Positions 39,461 through 51,904 of a stretch of DNA of 64,000 nt are shown here, piece after piece. The DNA lies in the NCBI RefSeq assembly GCF_009914755.1, contig NC_060935.1; one strand, given 5' to 3'. The DNA comes from the human T2T-CHM13v2.0 reference genome, Homo sapiens. Positions within the stretch are counted from its first letter, which is position 1, and each line of letters opens with the position of its first letter. The notes under the pieces were generated by a model, which did no database searches, was not told the origin of the DNA, and saw only the letters and a program-made list of their open reading frames with translations. The translations under genes and the position numbers were made by a program.

Positions 39461-40309
39461 TGGGGAAGGAGTCCTCTGCCTGAGCTGAGCTTTAAGAAGT
39501 GCTAACCAAAAAGATGTTTCCAGAAGCGATCATTTAATGATAGGGCAGCCCACATTTCCACTCTTGCTTCTTGTTTCAAAGTGAGTTAACGTGAAGGAAT
39601 TCCTGTAGACAACATTTAGAAAGGTTGTGCTTCAGATGAAAGCACCCAGAATTTGTACACCCTGGGGTGGGGGGTGGAGCCCACATGCCCCGGCTGCTAC
39701 AGCATCTTCTCCCATCACCTGATCACTTTTCTGTGGACAAAGCAAGGGTTCAGTGAGCATTTCTTGAGAAGTTAGTGTGCTCTGGTTGCCATGCTGTGAA
39801 CGGTTAAGTGCAGTGAGGTATTACCAGGGCCAGGACTACAGTTAACACAGTATGTGTGAGTTGAGGGAGGGAAACAACTTTCTAGATGGAGAGAATGGAG
39901 TGAACAAAGGGGATGCAAGACCTTCTGACACTTTTAGAGGACCAAATCATTGCAAGAGGGAGGGTGTTAGGCTAAAGGCAGCCAAGAGTTATGGAGGGTC
40001 TAAACTCTTTCCTTAAGGCATAGCCAAAGAGGTAATTGAAGGGATGAGGGGCTTGCAGAAATAATTCCCCTTCATCCTTCCTCTCTTCAAACTATGTGAC
40101 CCTCTAAAGCCTCCTGGTCCTGGGCACACATATAAGCATATATCAGTGTGCAAACACAGATCACACAGGCATTAAGGCTGAGGAAATTCATCTACCAACC
40201 CCACTGCCAAAGCCCAGCCAGGTGCAGAGTTGGAACTAGGATGCGCCTGGTGCCAGAGGAGGATGGGAGAGAGCCAGGGCCCTGAAATACAAGCTCATCC
40301 TATTCATAT

Positions 40310-40540
40310 GATAATAGCTACTCTTTATTGCGTTATTATTACATGCTAGTCACTGCACTAAGTGCTTTACAAAAGTAATCTCATTTAATTCTTATAAAAC
40401 TGTGACATTGCGGCTAGTAGCATTCCTTGATTATAGATGGAGAGAGTGAACTCAAATGGATTAAATCATATGTCCAGTGTCATGCAAGTAGTATTTCTGA
40501 ATCAGTATCAATTTTAAGTCTGTCAGACTATAGACCATAT
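40310..40540 (-). mobile_element. MIR SINE
   Basis: cactgcactaagtgctttaca...atctcatttaattctta...tatagatggagag. Confidence 0.7.
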
Positions 40541-40631
40541 ACTTGACCCTGTATTACCCTGTGCTGTGAGTGACAGTCCCGGATAGCAGGACCAGGCGTT
40601 CTGGGCTGTCTTCCTCAAAGGCAGTCTGGAT

Positions 40632-40965
40632 CTGTGCTGCTGTATACAGAGCCACTCTCCATAGGTGGCTGTTGGGCACTTGCAATGCAGCTGGTCCATG
40701 CTGAGATGTACTCTATGTGTAAAACACACACTGATTTCAAAGGCTTGGTACACAAAGATGTAAAATAAGAAAAGACTATTTACTGATAAATTTATGTTGA
40801 TTACTTGTTATTACAATTATAATGTCTCAGCTCTATTGGCTTAAATAAATTATTCAAACTAATTTCACTCATATCTTTCTATTTTTTAAAACGTGATTCT
40901 AGGAAACTTAGAATCACCGGTGTGGCTCACGTAAGTGTATGCAGTGCTTCTGCTGACAGCGTTGG
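40632..40965. mobile_element. MER33 (hAT-Charlie MITE)
   Basis: agccact...gtggctgttgggcacttgcaatg...tgtaaaacacacactgatttcaaag...tgtggctcac. Confidence 0.75.
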
Positions 40966-41185
40966 CTTGGCTTGTGCTCCAGTGTCCTACCCACCCACCT
41001 GCAAGTGCAGGCTTCTTCCCTGGTCATCAGAGCCTCCCGCCCTAAGAAGCCTGAAGTCTCGGAGTCATAAAGCAATGTGACTTCTGTCTCCGAGTCATAA
41101 AGCAATGTTTCCATTTAAGCCCAGACTCTCATCAGAGGCTACCCCTCCCAGTCCTTCGGGGAAAAAAACGACAGTATTCTGTGTT

Positions 41186-41247
41186 CATTAGTTAATATTT
41201 GCAAAGTGCTTTGAAGATGAAATGCGCTACATAAATGCTGATAATAG
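41186..41247 (+). mobile_element. Ancient amniote SINE 3' tail fragment (MIR1_Amn/AmnSINE-like)
   Basis: ttagttaatatttgcaaagtgctttgaagatgaaatgcgctacataaatgct resembles the recalled consensus tail gtaaagcgctttga..gatgaaa.gcgctatata. Confidence 0.5.
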
Positions 41248-44200
41248 CCCACTGTACTTCTGTGGGCCTTTCATCTGGAGATTTCAAAGTCCCTACCACA
41301 GGCAGCCATTATTGTTCTATTACTCTAACGTTAATTGTGCATCATTGGAGTGCTGGATCATTATCGTCCTCACTCCCTGGCCCTAGGCAGCCTGGGTGGG
41401 GACAGAGTAGCAACCGGTGAAAATGGGGAGTGAAGCTCTCCTTCATCCCAGCCAGGTCTTCGTCAAAGTCAACTCAGAAGACTGCAGTCACAGGTGTGCA
41501 GGGGAAGGGTGTCTGTAAGAGGGACCCTGACAAAGTGCACTAGATAATACTTTCTTTGGGAATTACCCGCTAACTTTGCAGGGCTTTCATGAAGCTAGGC
41601 ACACACCAAGTACTCGGTCAGATGTCGCTGGTTGACTGAGCTGCTTGGTGGAGATGTCTGACATTCTTTTGCCAGCCTTGGTGGAGGATGCAACAACCTT
41701 GGAAATGAACAGTCTTAGCTCTTAAATTAGGTGTTCAGTCCAATACAGACCAGACCTTGCTTGGACCCCTACCATTTTCTGTAGTCTACAGTTGGCTGAG
41801 ACAGGGGAGTGACATTTGATGCTGGGTTTAGTGGAGTAGAGAGAAAAAGCCTGCAAAAATAGAAAGGGGCCTTGGGGGAGCTGTGCTCCCTGCAGCCAGG
41901 GCCTCAGCCCCAGCCTCAGGTGCAAAGTGCTTCAGGAATGTCACAGCACAGGCCAACTTAGGGCAGCCTCTGCAGCAGACACCCCACCCGCTGCCTGCCA
42001 AGTGAGAAAGACCAAAAAGTAAGGTTGCCCACCAGGTGCAAAGCCATGGCGCGGTGTGACATCCCCACGGAGGAGAAACTCCTTCGCGCTAATTACAGCC
42101 ACCAGGAAGTCAGGCAGTGTGAGATGACACAGCTGGATTTCCCCACTGCTCAGGAAGAACTGCTGGAGATGCCAGAGAAAGCGGGAGATGGAGAGAGCTC
42201 AGGAACACAAAAGATCCCAGGAATGACAAGCACTCCACCACCAGGTAGGGGCTGGGTGTGTGTGCTCGCAAGCTTTTATAAAAAGGAATAAAATGTGTCA
42301 TTTCAGATTGGATAAGTTGAACATTACTAATTAAGAAATTACTTAATTATGGAGAAGAAAATAAAACGAAGGTATTTTGCCCTAGAGGGAAAAAAATTTT
42401 CGATTTGCCAAATCAAGGAAATGATGAGATTCCAATTATTCATTAAATAATTGAAAATGGCTCCAACAAAAGCATTAGAATGTACGTGCTGCTCAGGCCT
42501 CCCAGGGAGCTCTGCCTTCCTCTCAAAGCCTCTGTGTTGTGTGCTTCCCTTCTGCAAATAAGTCTCCTCTAGAATGGACTGAATGAATACTCCCACACTT
42601 GGGGCAAAAAAAAAAAAAAAAAAAAAAACAGAGGGGCAAAAAAACAGACTTCCCTGCCATCTGTCTCATGTTAAGGATATGTATCCATAATGTTGTATTT
42701 ATCGTCCCTCAACTATGCTTAATTTCTGTCCACCAAGGCTAAGCTTTCCCCAAGACTCAATTGCTTTCTTCTTCCCACACATGGCTCTTCAAAGAGTAGA
42801 TTACAAATCCTTATCTATTGTTCACCGCACCAGACACCCGTGTTAGAGTGTGATGTCTTTGTCCCTCATCTGGCTCACCTGGTCTTCATTCCACATCTCA
42901 GATGTATCCCCATCATGGACCACAACAGCTAGCAGCCGGCCCACCAGGCCTCAGAGGCACAAAACCCCAACACTCCAACATTCTTTTTCAAATAACATAA
43001 AGAATGCTCTTTTACATGTCTTTGTCTAAACACTGACCTTGCCCCATGACTTTACTTCTATAGAGATTACTCCTCTTTCTCTAGCTAAACCCTGCCTATA
43101 TTTTCAATCGCCTCCATCATAAGTCACCTTAAAGTCAACACATCCAGTGTTGTTCTCCTCATCACCTCCTTCTCCTTAGGCAACAAATATCACATCCCAA
43201 ATCGTTAGACTTAATTTCAAGGAACTAGAAAGTCTCTCAAATCTTTTATTCCTCCAGGTTAAAAAACAAAGTCAGCACCCGTGCATCTTTTTACCTTTCC
43301 TCCATATCCAGTCGGTCACTACCCTCTGCCAATTCTTTCTTTAAAGCAGGCTACCCTATATTTGTTTAGCTTTTAGAGCTTCCATCCATTTATCTTACTC
43401 GCCCTTAAAGAAAGTTGAGGAACTAGGCAGAGAAAACGCAGCCCTTCCTCTTTCTCTCGATGAATAAAGAGATGGAGGCTCATGCTTAGGTGCATGTCTG
43501 ACGTCATTTACTAGGGGCAGTCTTGACACCACCTCCCTAGGGAAGCCCTCCCTGAATCCTGAAGACTAGTTTTGTGTCCTCTTTAACTCTTGTAACATCC
43601 AATGCTTCCTCCATCGTTAACACTCGGTTGTTAGATACATGAGATCAGTAACTATTTTCTATCACTTCCACATTGCTCAGGAGTGTGCATGGAAGAAAAT
43701 AAGCTCACACTGAATTATTCCCGAAAAATGAATTCATGTACAAAAATAAATAAATGAAACCAGATTCCTAAGATCCTTCACACAGCTAGGAAATGGTAGA
43801 GCCAAAGCTAAGCACTAAGTTTCTTTTTCCATTGTGCACCTAAATGGTATCCTTGGCATATGCTTCCAGCATATGGTCAGATTAATTATGTAGGCATGTT
43901 TTATCGTCATATATCATATCATTTACAAAGCTCTTCACTTGTTTCCAGTTATGTAACTGACAAAATCTAAATTCCACAATATACCTAACTAGCCTTCGCT
44001 CACATTTTAACCCTATTAGGAAATTTTATAGTTAAAAGAGATCATAGGTAATGTAGTTCACCTTCCCTCCTAATGTAAGGATTCCTTTGGAGGTACATTT
44101 TCCCAAGATCCGAAGGGAAGAGCATTTGCACTCCCCGCCGCCATCAGGAACACACCTTCATCTCCCATGGTTCACCACCCACTGCGGGCCATCCTCAGAA

Positions 44201-44751
44201 CCACAGAACTGCCCACTGCCAACAACTTCCACGCTTCCACGCATGTATTTTTCAGGCGGTTCCCTCCTTTTCCACCCTTCAAATCCTGCCTATCCTACCG
44301 GGCTAGCTTGAGGCCCACCTTCAGAAGGTCCTTCCCTGGTATCCCAGCTAAAACCATCTACCAACATCTTTTTCTGCAATCTTTTAGATCTCTTTGTCTT
44401 GCACACTTAGAATCAATCATTTATTTTTACTTGACTCTCATAAATGTTTATGACATATGGCAGCTAAATTGTAAGAAGTTTGAATCCTCCCCACTCCTTG
44501 CATTCTCAGAAAATAAATCACCGAAGATGTATTGAGCCCCTGTAAGCTAGCCCCTGTGTGCAGGGTCCCTTCACACACATTTTGTACATGAGTCACCTGA
44601 AGAAGATTTAGAGAATGATACGATTACCACATCACCAGGAGAGGAAAACGGAGCTTCAGAGCGGCAAAGTGATATTCTAAAGATGAAACACCGAGTTAAG
44701 TGTCTTTGGTGTGGTTTTAATCCAAGTGCCCTGATTTGCACACAGGGTATT

Positions 44752-45151
44752 TGTAGTAATCTGCTCGGGCTGCTGAAACACAGCACCTCAGACGGTGTGG
44801 CTTAAATGGCGGCAATTTATTTTCTCACACTTCCAGAGGTAGGAGTCTGAGATCCAGGTATCCATGGGGACAGGTTCTCCTGAGGCTGCTCTCCTTGGCT
44901 TGCACATGGAGAATGCTATGTCCTCATGGGGTCTTTCTTTGTGCAGGTGCCTCCTGGTGCCTCTCCTTGCCCTCATAAGGGCACCAGTCATACTGGATTA
45001 AGGCCCAATTGTTATGATCATATTTAATTGTGTAATTACCTCTTTTTAAAGGTCCTTTCTCCAAATACTGTCACATTCTGAGGTACTGAGGATCAGGACT
45101 TAAACCTATGAATGTGAGAAAAGGGGAGGGGACAGAACTCAGTCCATAACA
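44752..45151 (-). mobile_element. MLT1A/B (MaLR) solo LTR
   Basis: gggctgc...ggcttaaa...aatttattttctcaca...tcacattctgaggtactg...cagtccataaca; TSD gtatt/ggatt. Confidence 0.85.
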
Positions 45152-46117
45152 GGATTCCTGCTGCACTCTCTGCATAACTGCTCTGTGCCTGAGATAAACA
45201 CTAGCCGAGTGCAGCTGAGGGGCTGGCTGTTAATTTTGGAAAGGGAATATTATACATGTGCTTGTGATTGTTTTATTTTTTGGCAGATCAAAAGAAATAA
45301 AAATACATTTTAGAAAAAAATAGTAAAAAATATAAGTCAAACAAAATCAGGCAGTACAATGAAAACAAATGTTACACCGTGGTCTCTGCTTTCTGTCTCT
45401 GTTTGGTCTTCTCTTTCCCTGGACTGTCTTTGCCGGGGAAATGGGGAGCTCATCGTGTGTTTGCTGCAGGCAATTTCTTCAAGCCTGGAGAGACCTGTGA
45501 AACTCCAGAATCTACTGAAACTTGCAGGAGTCCAGAACTCAGGGCAAACAAGATATTCTTGAGAGCAACTGGTTTCTAACACCAGTTACAACGCTGAAAG
45601 AATATCTAGTGCAGTACTCCAAACCCAGAGGGTACTCAAAAAATAGGCCAAATGAAGTGCCTGGAGTGGGGTTCCTGCAGTGGGACGGAGACAGCCTTTC
45701 TTGGAAAGGTGTAGGCTGGGTTTCCAGGTGAGTTAACAGTGAGTGGAGTGAGCTGATTTGCCATTTTCACCTGCAGTTATTTTTGTTGCAATAACCAGCC
45801 ACCAAATAACTTGATCCCAGGGAGGAGAGGTGAGAACCATTTATTCTTCCAGGTGCAACAGAGCAAGGTGCAGTGACTTACTGTAAATGTGTTCACAGCA
45901 AGGTGAGAAGGCGCTGCAGAGGGGACCAGGCATCTGCTTTAAGAAAATGAGTAAAGCAGATAATGTTGAGAGGCAGAGAAAGTCAGAGCTGGGCCTCTGG
46001 AAAGACAGAGAAGCCAGCCAAACACACGGCTCCAGTCCTCAGTGTCAGTCTTTACTTTCTTTAGGGCACTGGAATTTTTTGCAGGGGATCTGGGAGTGGG
46101 TGACATAGCAAGCCATT

Positions 46118-46520
46118 TGTTTCAGTTTGGATTCTCAAAGAAGCAGACACTGAGATGAGGATATAAAGACAAATTGCTTATTTGCGAAATAAAGGACAGC
46201 ACAGTCGGAAAAGCAACTGCTGCAAGCCAATGGGACTTCATCCTATTTGGGGACCTCTTGGAGCCAGGGTAGAACACACTCCTCAGAGTTATTGCCCTGG
46301 AGGTGGGCGAGGGAGCTGCAATGTGTGCACACCAAGTCCTAAAGGCATCGAGGGAGCTGCTTTGGGAGAGGGGTGGACATGCATCCAGCCCCAGTCCTTC
46401 CTGCCTGCCTTTCAGGACAGAGGGGCTCCAGGGGTGAGAAGGCAGACTCCACCTTGGGGCAGAACATGCAAGTGCAGAGAGCAGGAAATTAGAGGATGGG
46501 GCAGGTGCAATAGCACTGCT
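46118..46520 (-). mobile_element. Old ERVL LTR (LTR33/LTR16-like)
   Basis: agaagcagacactgagatgaggat...tatttg and gtagaacacactcctcagagttat motifs; subfamily uncertain. Confidence 0.5.
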
Positions 46521-46524
46521 AGCC

Positions 46525-46800
46525 CATTAGAGCATGGGGGTGAGGACACAGGCTTTGGCATCAGACTATCCGGCTTGGAATCCCAGCTCCACCATTCAAT
46601 AGTGCAGTGCCCTTAGCTGAGTTACTTAATCTTTCACATTTCAATGTCTTCATCTGTGAATAGCCAAAAACGACAAGGCATGGACATACCTCGAAGGGCT
46701 GAGGTAGGATTGAAGGAGATAAACCCAAACACTAAGAGCAATGCTCTTAGTGTTTGCCAAGCACCCCCAAAATGTTAGCCATTAGTATTGTTAACTACTA
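46525..46800 (+). mobile_element. MIR SINE
   Basis: ggctttggcatcagac...gaatcccagctccacca...gttacttaatct...ttcatctgtgaa. Confidence 0.75.
46726..46756. repeat. Perfect 15-bp inverted repeat, 1-nt spacer
   Basis: caaacactaagagca-a-tgctcttagtgtttg. Confidence 0.97.
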
Positions 46801-46901
46801 ATATTATCAAGACCAATGAGTTAACCTAATAAGGTAGCAAACAGTGTGTTCCCGAACACACGGGGTATAGAACAGGTAAGTCCTGGAATACACATGGTCT
46901 G

Positions 46902-47294
46902 GGATATGGTTTGGCTCTGTGTTCCCACCTAAATCTCATGTCGAATTATAATCTCCAGCACTGGAGGAGGGGCCTCGTGGGAGGGGAATGGATCACAGGG
47001 CAGATTTCCCCCTTGCTGTTCTCAGGATAGTGAGTGAGTTCTCGTGAGATCTGACAATTTAAATGTGTGTGGAACTTCCCCCTTTGCTCACTCACTCTCT
47101 CTCTCCTGCTCTCGCCATATGAGGACTGTGCCTGCTTACACTTCACCTTCTGCCACAATTGTAAGTTTCCTGAGGCCTCCCCAGCCATGCCTCCTGTACA
47201 GCTGTTGAAGCTGGGAGTCGATTAAACTTCATTTCTTCATAAATTACCCAGTCTGAAGTAGTTCTTTATAGCAGTGTGAGAATGGACTAATACA
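46902..47294 (+). mobile_element. MSTA (MaLR) solo LTR
   Basis: gatatggtttggctctgtg...aaatctcatg...gtaagtttcctgaggcctccccagccatg...ggactaataca; TSD gtctg/gcctg. Confidence 0.9.
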
Positions 47295-48085
47295 GCCTGA
47301 GAAGGTCTGAGGGGGGAGACATGGTACCCTGAGATGGCGATGCCTGCCAGGCAACAGGCAGACAGGCCCCTGCTGCCCAGGAAATCTGTGCTGTGGAGGC
47401 AGTCCATGAGGATGTGTGGAATGTTCCCAAATGCCCATCTTCCTCATGATTTCCCTGGGTTGATTCTACTGTGAGTCTGCCATTGTGTAAAAGGTGGACT
47501 TCAAGGAAGTTGCAATCAGGTCTCAAGGGTGCACCCTCCTCTAGTTCTTTGGGGTGTGGAGCCATATAGCACAACGTGCAGCCTTACTCTCAGTCAGTTC
47601 CCAACCACCTGCACTACAGGGGTCGTTCAAAGATAGGGATGCACAAATTTTGGATAATTCAAAATTATCTGAATTAGAGAATTCAGTTCTGTAAGGAACT
47701 GAAAAGTTCTTTACAGTTAACTTTTAGGAACTTTTAGACACAGCAGATTGTCTTAGACCAATATTAAAATGAGTCTCTATTCCTTTATCGCAAACCAACT
47801 GGCAGTTCAAGGGGCCAGGTCAAAGCCTTCTGAATGGTGAGAGAAGCCATCTGGGAACTGCTTTTGCCGTTGTTGTAGAATGAAACCTCATGAGCACCCA
47901 AAGCAGCCATTAGGTCCCAGGAGAGAACAAGAATCCTGGAATGACTGAGTTAAGGCCTTCCTGAGACTCGTGTGTCAAAATCTCCAGCACAACCTTCCCA
48001 TAGCTCAAGGTGGTAGAGCACCCATTCATTCTTTCACTCCAGATAACTTCAGTATGTTTTAAAGTCAAGAAGCTTGGTGAGTTAT

Positions 48086-48531
48086 AATAGCAAAGACTTC
48101 GAACCAACCCAAATGCCCATTAATGATAGACTGGATAAAGAAAATGTGGCACATATACACCATGGAATACTATGCAGCCATAAAAAGGAGTGAGTTCATG
48201 TTCTTTGCAGGGACATGGATAAAGCCGGAAACCATCTTTCTCAGCAAACTAACACAGGAACAGAAAACCAAACACTGGATGTTCTCATTCATAAGTGGGA
48301 GTTGAACAATGAGAACACATGGACACATGGAGGGGAACATCACACACTGGGTCCTATTTGGGGGCTGGGGGTCAAGGGGAGGGAGAGCATTAGGACAATG
48401 CATGTGGGGCTTAAAACCTAGATAATGGGTTGATAGGTGCAGCAACCGCCATGGCACATGTATACCTATGTAAAAAACCACTTTCTGCACATGTATCCCA
48501 GAACTTAAAGTAAAATTTAAAAAAAATTAAA
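48086..48531 (+). mobile_element. L1PA (about L1PA8) 3' end, 5'-truncated
   Basis: ORF2 C-terminus (WIKKMWHIYTMEYYAAIK), L1PA 3'UTR, A-rich tail; 13-bp TSD aagaagcttggtg at 48067-48079 and 48532-48544. Confidence 0.93.
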
Positions 48532-48594
48532 AAGAAGCTTGGTGGGAAAGGAGCCCACTTGTTTCATACTGGACATTAAAATGAAGAGTTCAAA

Positions 48595-49720
48595 ACTAAT
48601 TCAATGCACATTTATTATCTCTTACTATATAATGGATGCCAAGTGTCTTAGACATTGAGGATATGTAGTCTGTACCCTTTAAACTGTTCACAGTGGAGAG
48701 GTAGAGAAACAAACAGAGTTAGAGAACATCATGATAACCATTAAAGCAGAAGTAGAGACAGGGTTCTATGGAAAAGCAAAGGAGAGCATGTAACACATGT
48801 TAGTTTGGAAGCCTTTCCTGAGTTGATAATGAATGAACTAAATTATGAAGCAAGAGCAGTTTTACAGGTGGCAAGTTGCAGGGGGACAGTATTGGGCACA
48901 CCTCAGATTGATGAAACAGTCTGTGCAGGGGAAGGGAAGGGTGAGAATGCACACTGTGTCAGGGCCCATAAGTAGCCCAGTGCTGCTGAAGGTCAGGGAG
49001 AGGACAGAGGGCAGAGACATCCGGGGCAAACTCAAGCTCAATGTGGATGCCATGAATTCTTCTGCATTTCTTACAAAAAGCACTCAGAAACTTTTCAACG
49101 TTTTTTGAGTAAGGAACTATAAAATTATAATTGTGTTATAGAAAATAGATTGATAAGTTTGGAAACCAGCAAACAAGTTAGAAAACTATTTTCCAAGCAA
49201 GAAATTGTAATGATAGTACCAGTGGGAATGGTCAGTAGAAGACAAATTAAAACCTATTAGGTGGGTAGAATTGGCAGGGTTGGTAGTAGCAGCAATAATG
49301 TGAAGAACAAGAATGAGCAGTGGCTTGCATTGACTTCCAGGTCTCTTGGGCTATGACATTGCTAATTGTGCCAGTAGCCGAAACATGAGCTATAAGAAGA
49401 GACTAGAATGAAAATAGAGGGAGAAGATGAGATCAGCTTTTGAAGAGATGAATTTAAAGTATCCCTGTCTAGAAAAAGTTGGATATATAATCTAAAGCTT
49501 AGAAAAGACTGAATACTTGAAACCACAGCAATGAACAGACTCTATAAACATATCACGAAGAATGAGAAAAGAGAAGCAAAAATAATACCCTGAAAAATAA
49601 TCACATATGAAGGGTGGGCTAGTGAGGGAAACTGAATAGGAAAGCCCAGAGAAGGAAAAGAAACTCTAGGAGAAATAAGGGTGCTACATTTTTCATGAGA
49701 GCATCCAGTGATCCATGCAT
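48595..49720 (-). mobile_element. L2 LINE, fragmented
   Basis: Purine-rich reverse-L2 text (aattcaatgcacattta tail; gacttccaggtctc; gagatcagcttttg); boundaries approximate. Confidence 0.55.
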
Positions 49721-49902
49721 TCAAGTTAACATTAATTATACACCTACTATATATCCTAGGAACTAGGGTTAAAATATTTAGCAAAGATACACAGTTTCTC
49801 CCTGTACTGAGTTTACAATACAATTGGGGAGATGAGTATTCATCAAATAATTACATAAATATACAGTTTTTATTGCAAATAATGTCTTAAAGAATAACTG
49901 AA

Positions 49903-49935
49903 GTTTTCTTTTTTCTTTCTTTCTTTCCTTCTTTT

Positions 49936-49971
<36 letters not shown>

Positions 49972-50298
49972 TCATCTGTCTTTCTTTCTTTCTTTCTTTC
50001 TTTTTTTTTTGAGGCTGAGTCTCACTCTATTGCCCAGGCTAGAGTGCAGTGGTGTGATCTCAGCTCACTGCAACCACTGCCTCTCAGGTTCAAGCAATTC
50101 TCATGCCTCAGCCTCCAAGTAGCTGGGACTATCCACATGAGCCACCATGCCCAACTAATTTTTGTATTTTTAGTAGAGACGGGGTTTCACCATGTTGGTC
50201 ATGGGCCAGGCTGGTCTCAAACTTCTGACTTCAGGTGATCACCCGCTTTGGTCTCCCAAAGTGCTGGGATTATAGGCATGAGCCACCGCACCCAGCCT
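49903..50298 (-). mobile_element. AluS with tail expanded into (TTTC)n
   Basis: Reverse Alu 50011-50298 (aggttcaagcaattctc, gacttcaggtgatc); (TTTC)n/T tail 49903-50010. Confidence 0.92.
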
Positions 50299-51481
50299 CA
50301 AGGTTTAAAGAGAAAAGAGAAGGAATAGTTGCTAACATTAATACTAGAGAGATGTAAATTCAGATGAGTGCCAGGTTGGGAATTGGGAGACCATTTTTTA
50401 TTTTAATGGAAGAAATATGAATTAGCAGGCACATAAAGAAGGGAAGCTGCCATGGCTTGAAGGGTGCCAAGAAAATAAGGAAATGCAAATCATGACTGTA
50501 GATCACTCTTTTATTCAGTGGATTATGAAGCAATGGAAGGAGATAAGACCAGCAGCAAGGAACGTACAATTGTGTGAAATTATTGTAAAGATGTAAAGAT
50601 TTGAGCATGCCCCTTTTTTCAAAGAAAATGGCCAAAGAAGTGATTTTGAAAATACAAGAGAGCACATGGACACATTAGTGGAGTTAGGTACCTGTGGGTT
50701 AGGGCGTACCTTTGAGCAGAAGGTGGGACACCTCTTTGGCTAAGGTGGGAAGGAAGACGCAGAGTAGACAAGAATGCAGATAGCCTGCTGGTGGTGGTGG
50801 GTAAACATTTGAAAAAATTTGTAGCTGATGATTTTTCTCTGTAAATCTGGGGCAAGGCCATTTGTTAAGAATATAAGGAATACATAGGAAGCTTGAACAA
50901 GCCATAACTTTCTAGTGATATCAGTCTGTGGTGTTAAATTGTTTCCCTGCAGCTGTGCTCAGAATCCTGATGTAGAAGAGGCTATGATGGCGTGGCTGCT
51001 CAGCATGAGGTTCTGCAGGGCACTTGTGGAGAAAGGACAAGGTGGTAGGTAAGTAGTCCTAAGATGGATGGAGAAGTTCACTGATGCTAAGAGAAAACGA
51101 ACAGACTTGGAGAAAAGGGCATAATTAAAGGGCTGGAGTTGTGGTTGTGGTGGGAGAGCATGGGCCACAGAAAGAGGGAATGGTGGTGTCAGAGAGTGGA
51201 ATTTACAGTCATAGCATTTTCAAGTATTTTCATGTTCCAGTGTGTGATCAAGAGAGTGGACTACTGAGGCGAAGTGAAGGTGAATGTCTTTGGAATTCAG
51301 GAGAAATCGTGAGATTAAAGTGATCTGTGTCATCCCCTCATATGTTAATGTGTCTTGCAAACATGTCAGGATCTCATGATCCAACACTCTAGAGCTGTTG
51401 CCGGTATAAAACCAATGTTTCATTTCAGTTTCTTTTGCTGAACTACCTAGAATCTATGCAACCAGTAACATGAAAGGAGTA

Positions 51482-51904
51482 AGATTTAGTCTGGTTTTGT
51501 GTTGCTATAAAGGAATACCTGAGACTGGGGGTAATTTATAAAGAAAAGAGGTTTCTTGGGCTAGGGATTCTACAGGCTGTACTAGGAGCACAGGGCCAGC
51601 ATTTGCTTCTGGTAGGGCTTAAGGGAGCTTCCACTCATGGCAGAAGGCAAAGCGGATTAGGCATCCCATGGTGAGAGAGGAAGGGAAAGAGAGAAAGGGG
51701 AGGAGGTGCCAGGCTCTTTTGAACGATCAGTTCTGGTGAGAACTAAAAGAGTGAGAACTCACTCACTAATGCAAGGAGGATGCAAAGCCATTTATGAGAT
51801 ATCTGCCCCCATGACCCAAATGCCTCCAACCAGGCCCCACCTCCAACATTGCGGATCAAATTTCAACTTGAGGTTTGGAGGGGACAAATATCTGAACCAT
51901 ATCA
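51482..51904 (-). mobile_element. MSTB (MaLR) solo LTR
   Basis: tgttgctataaaggaatacctgagactggg...cttccactcatggcagaaggc...gaaccatatca. Confidence 0.88.
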
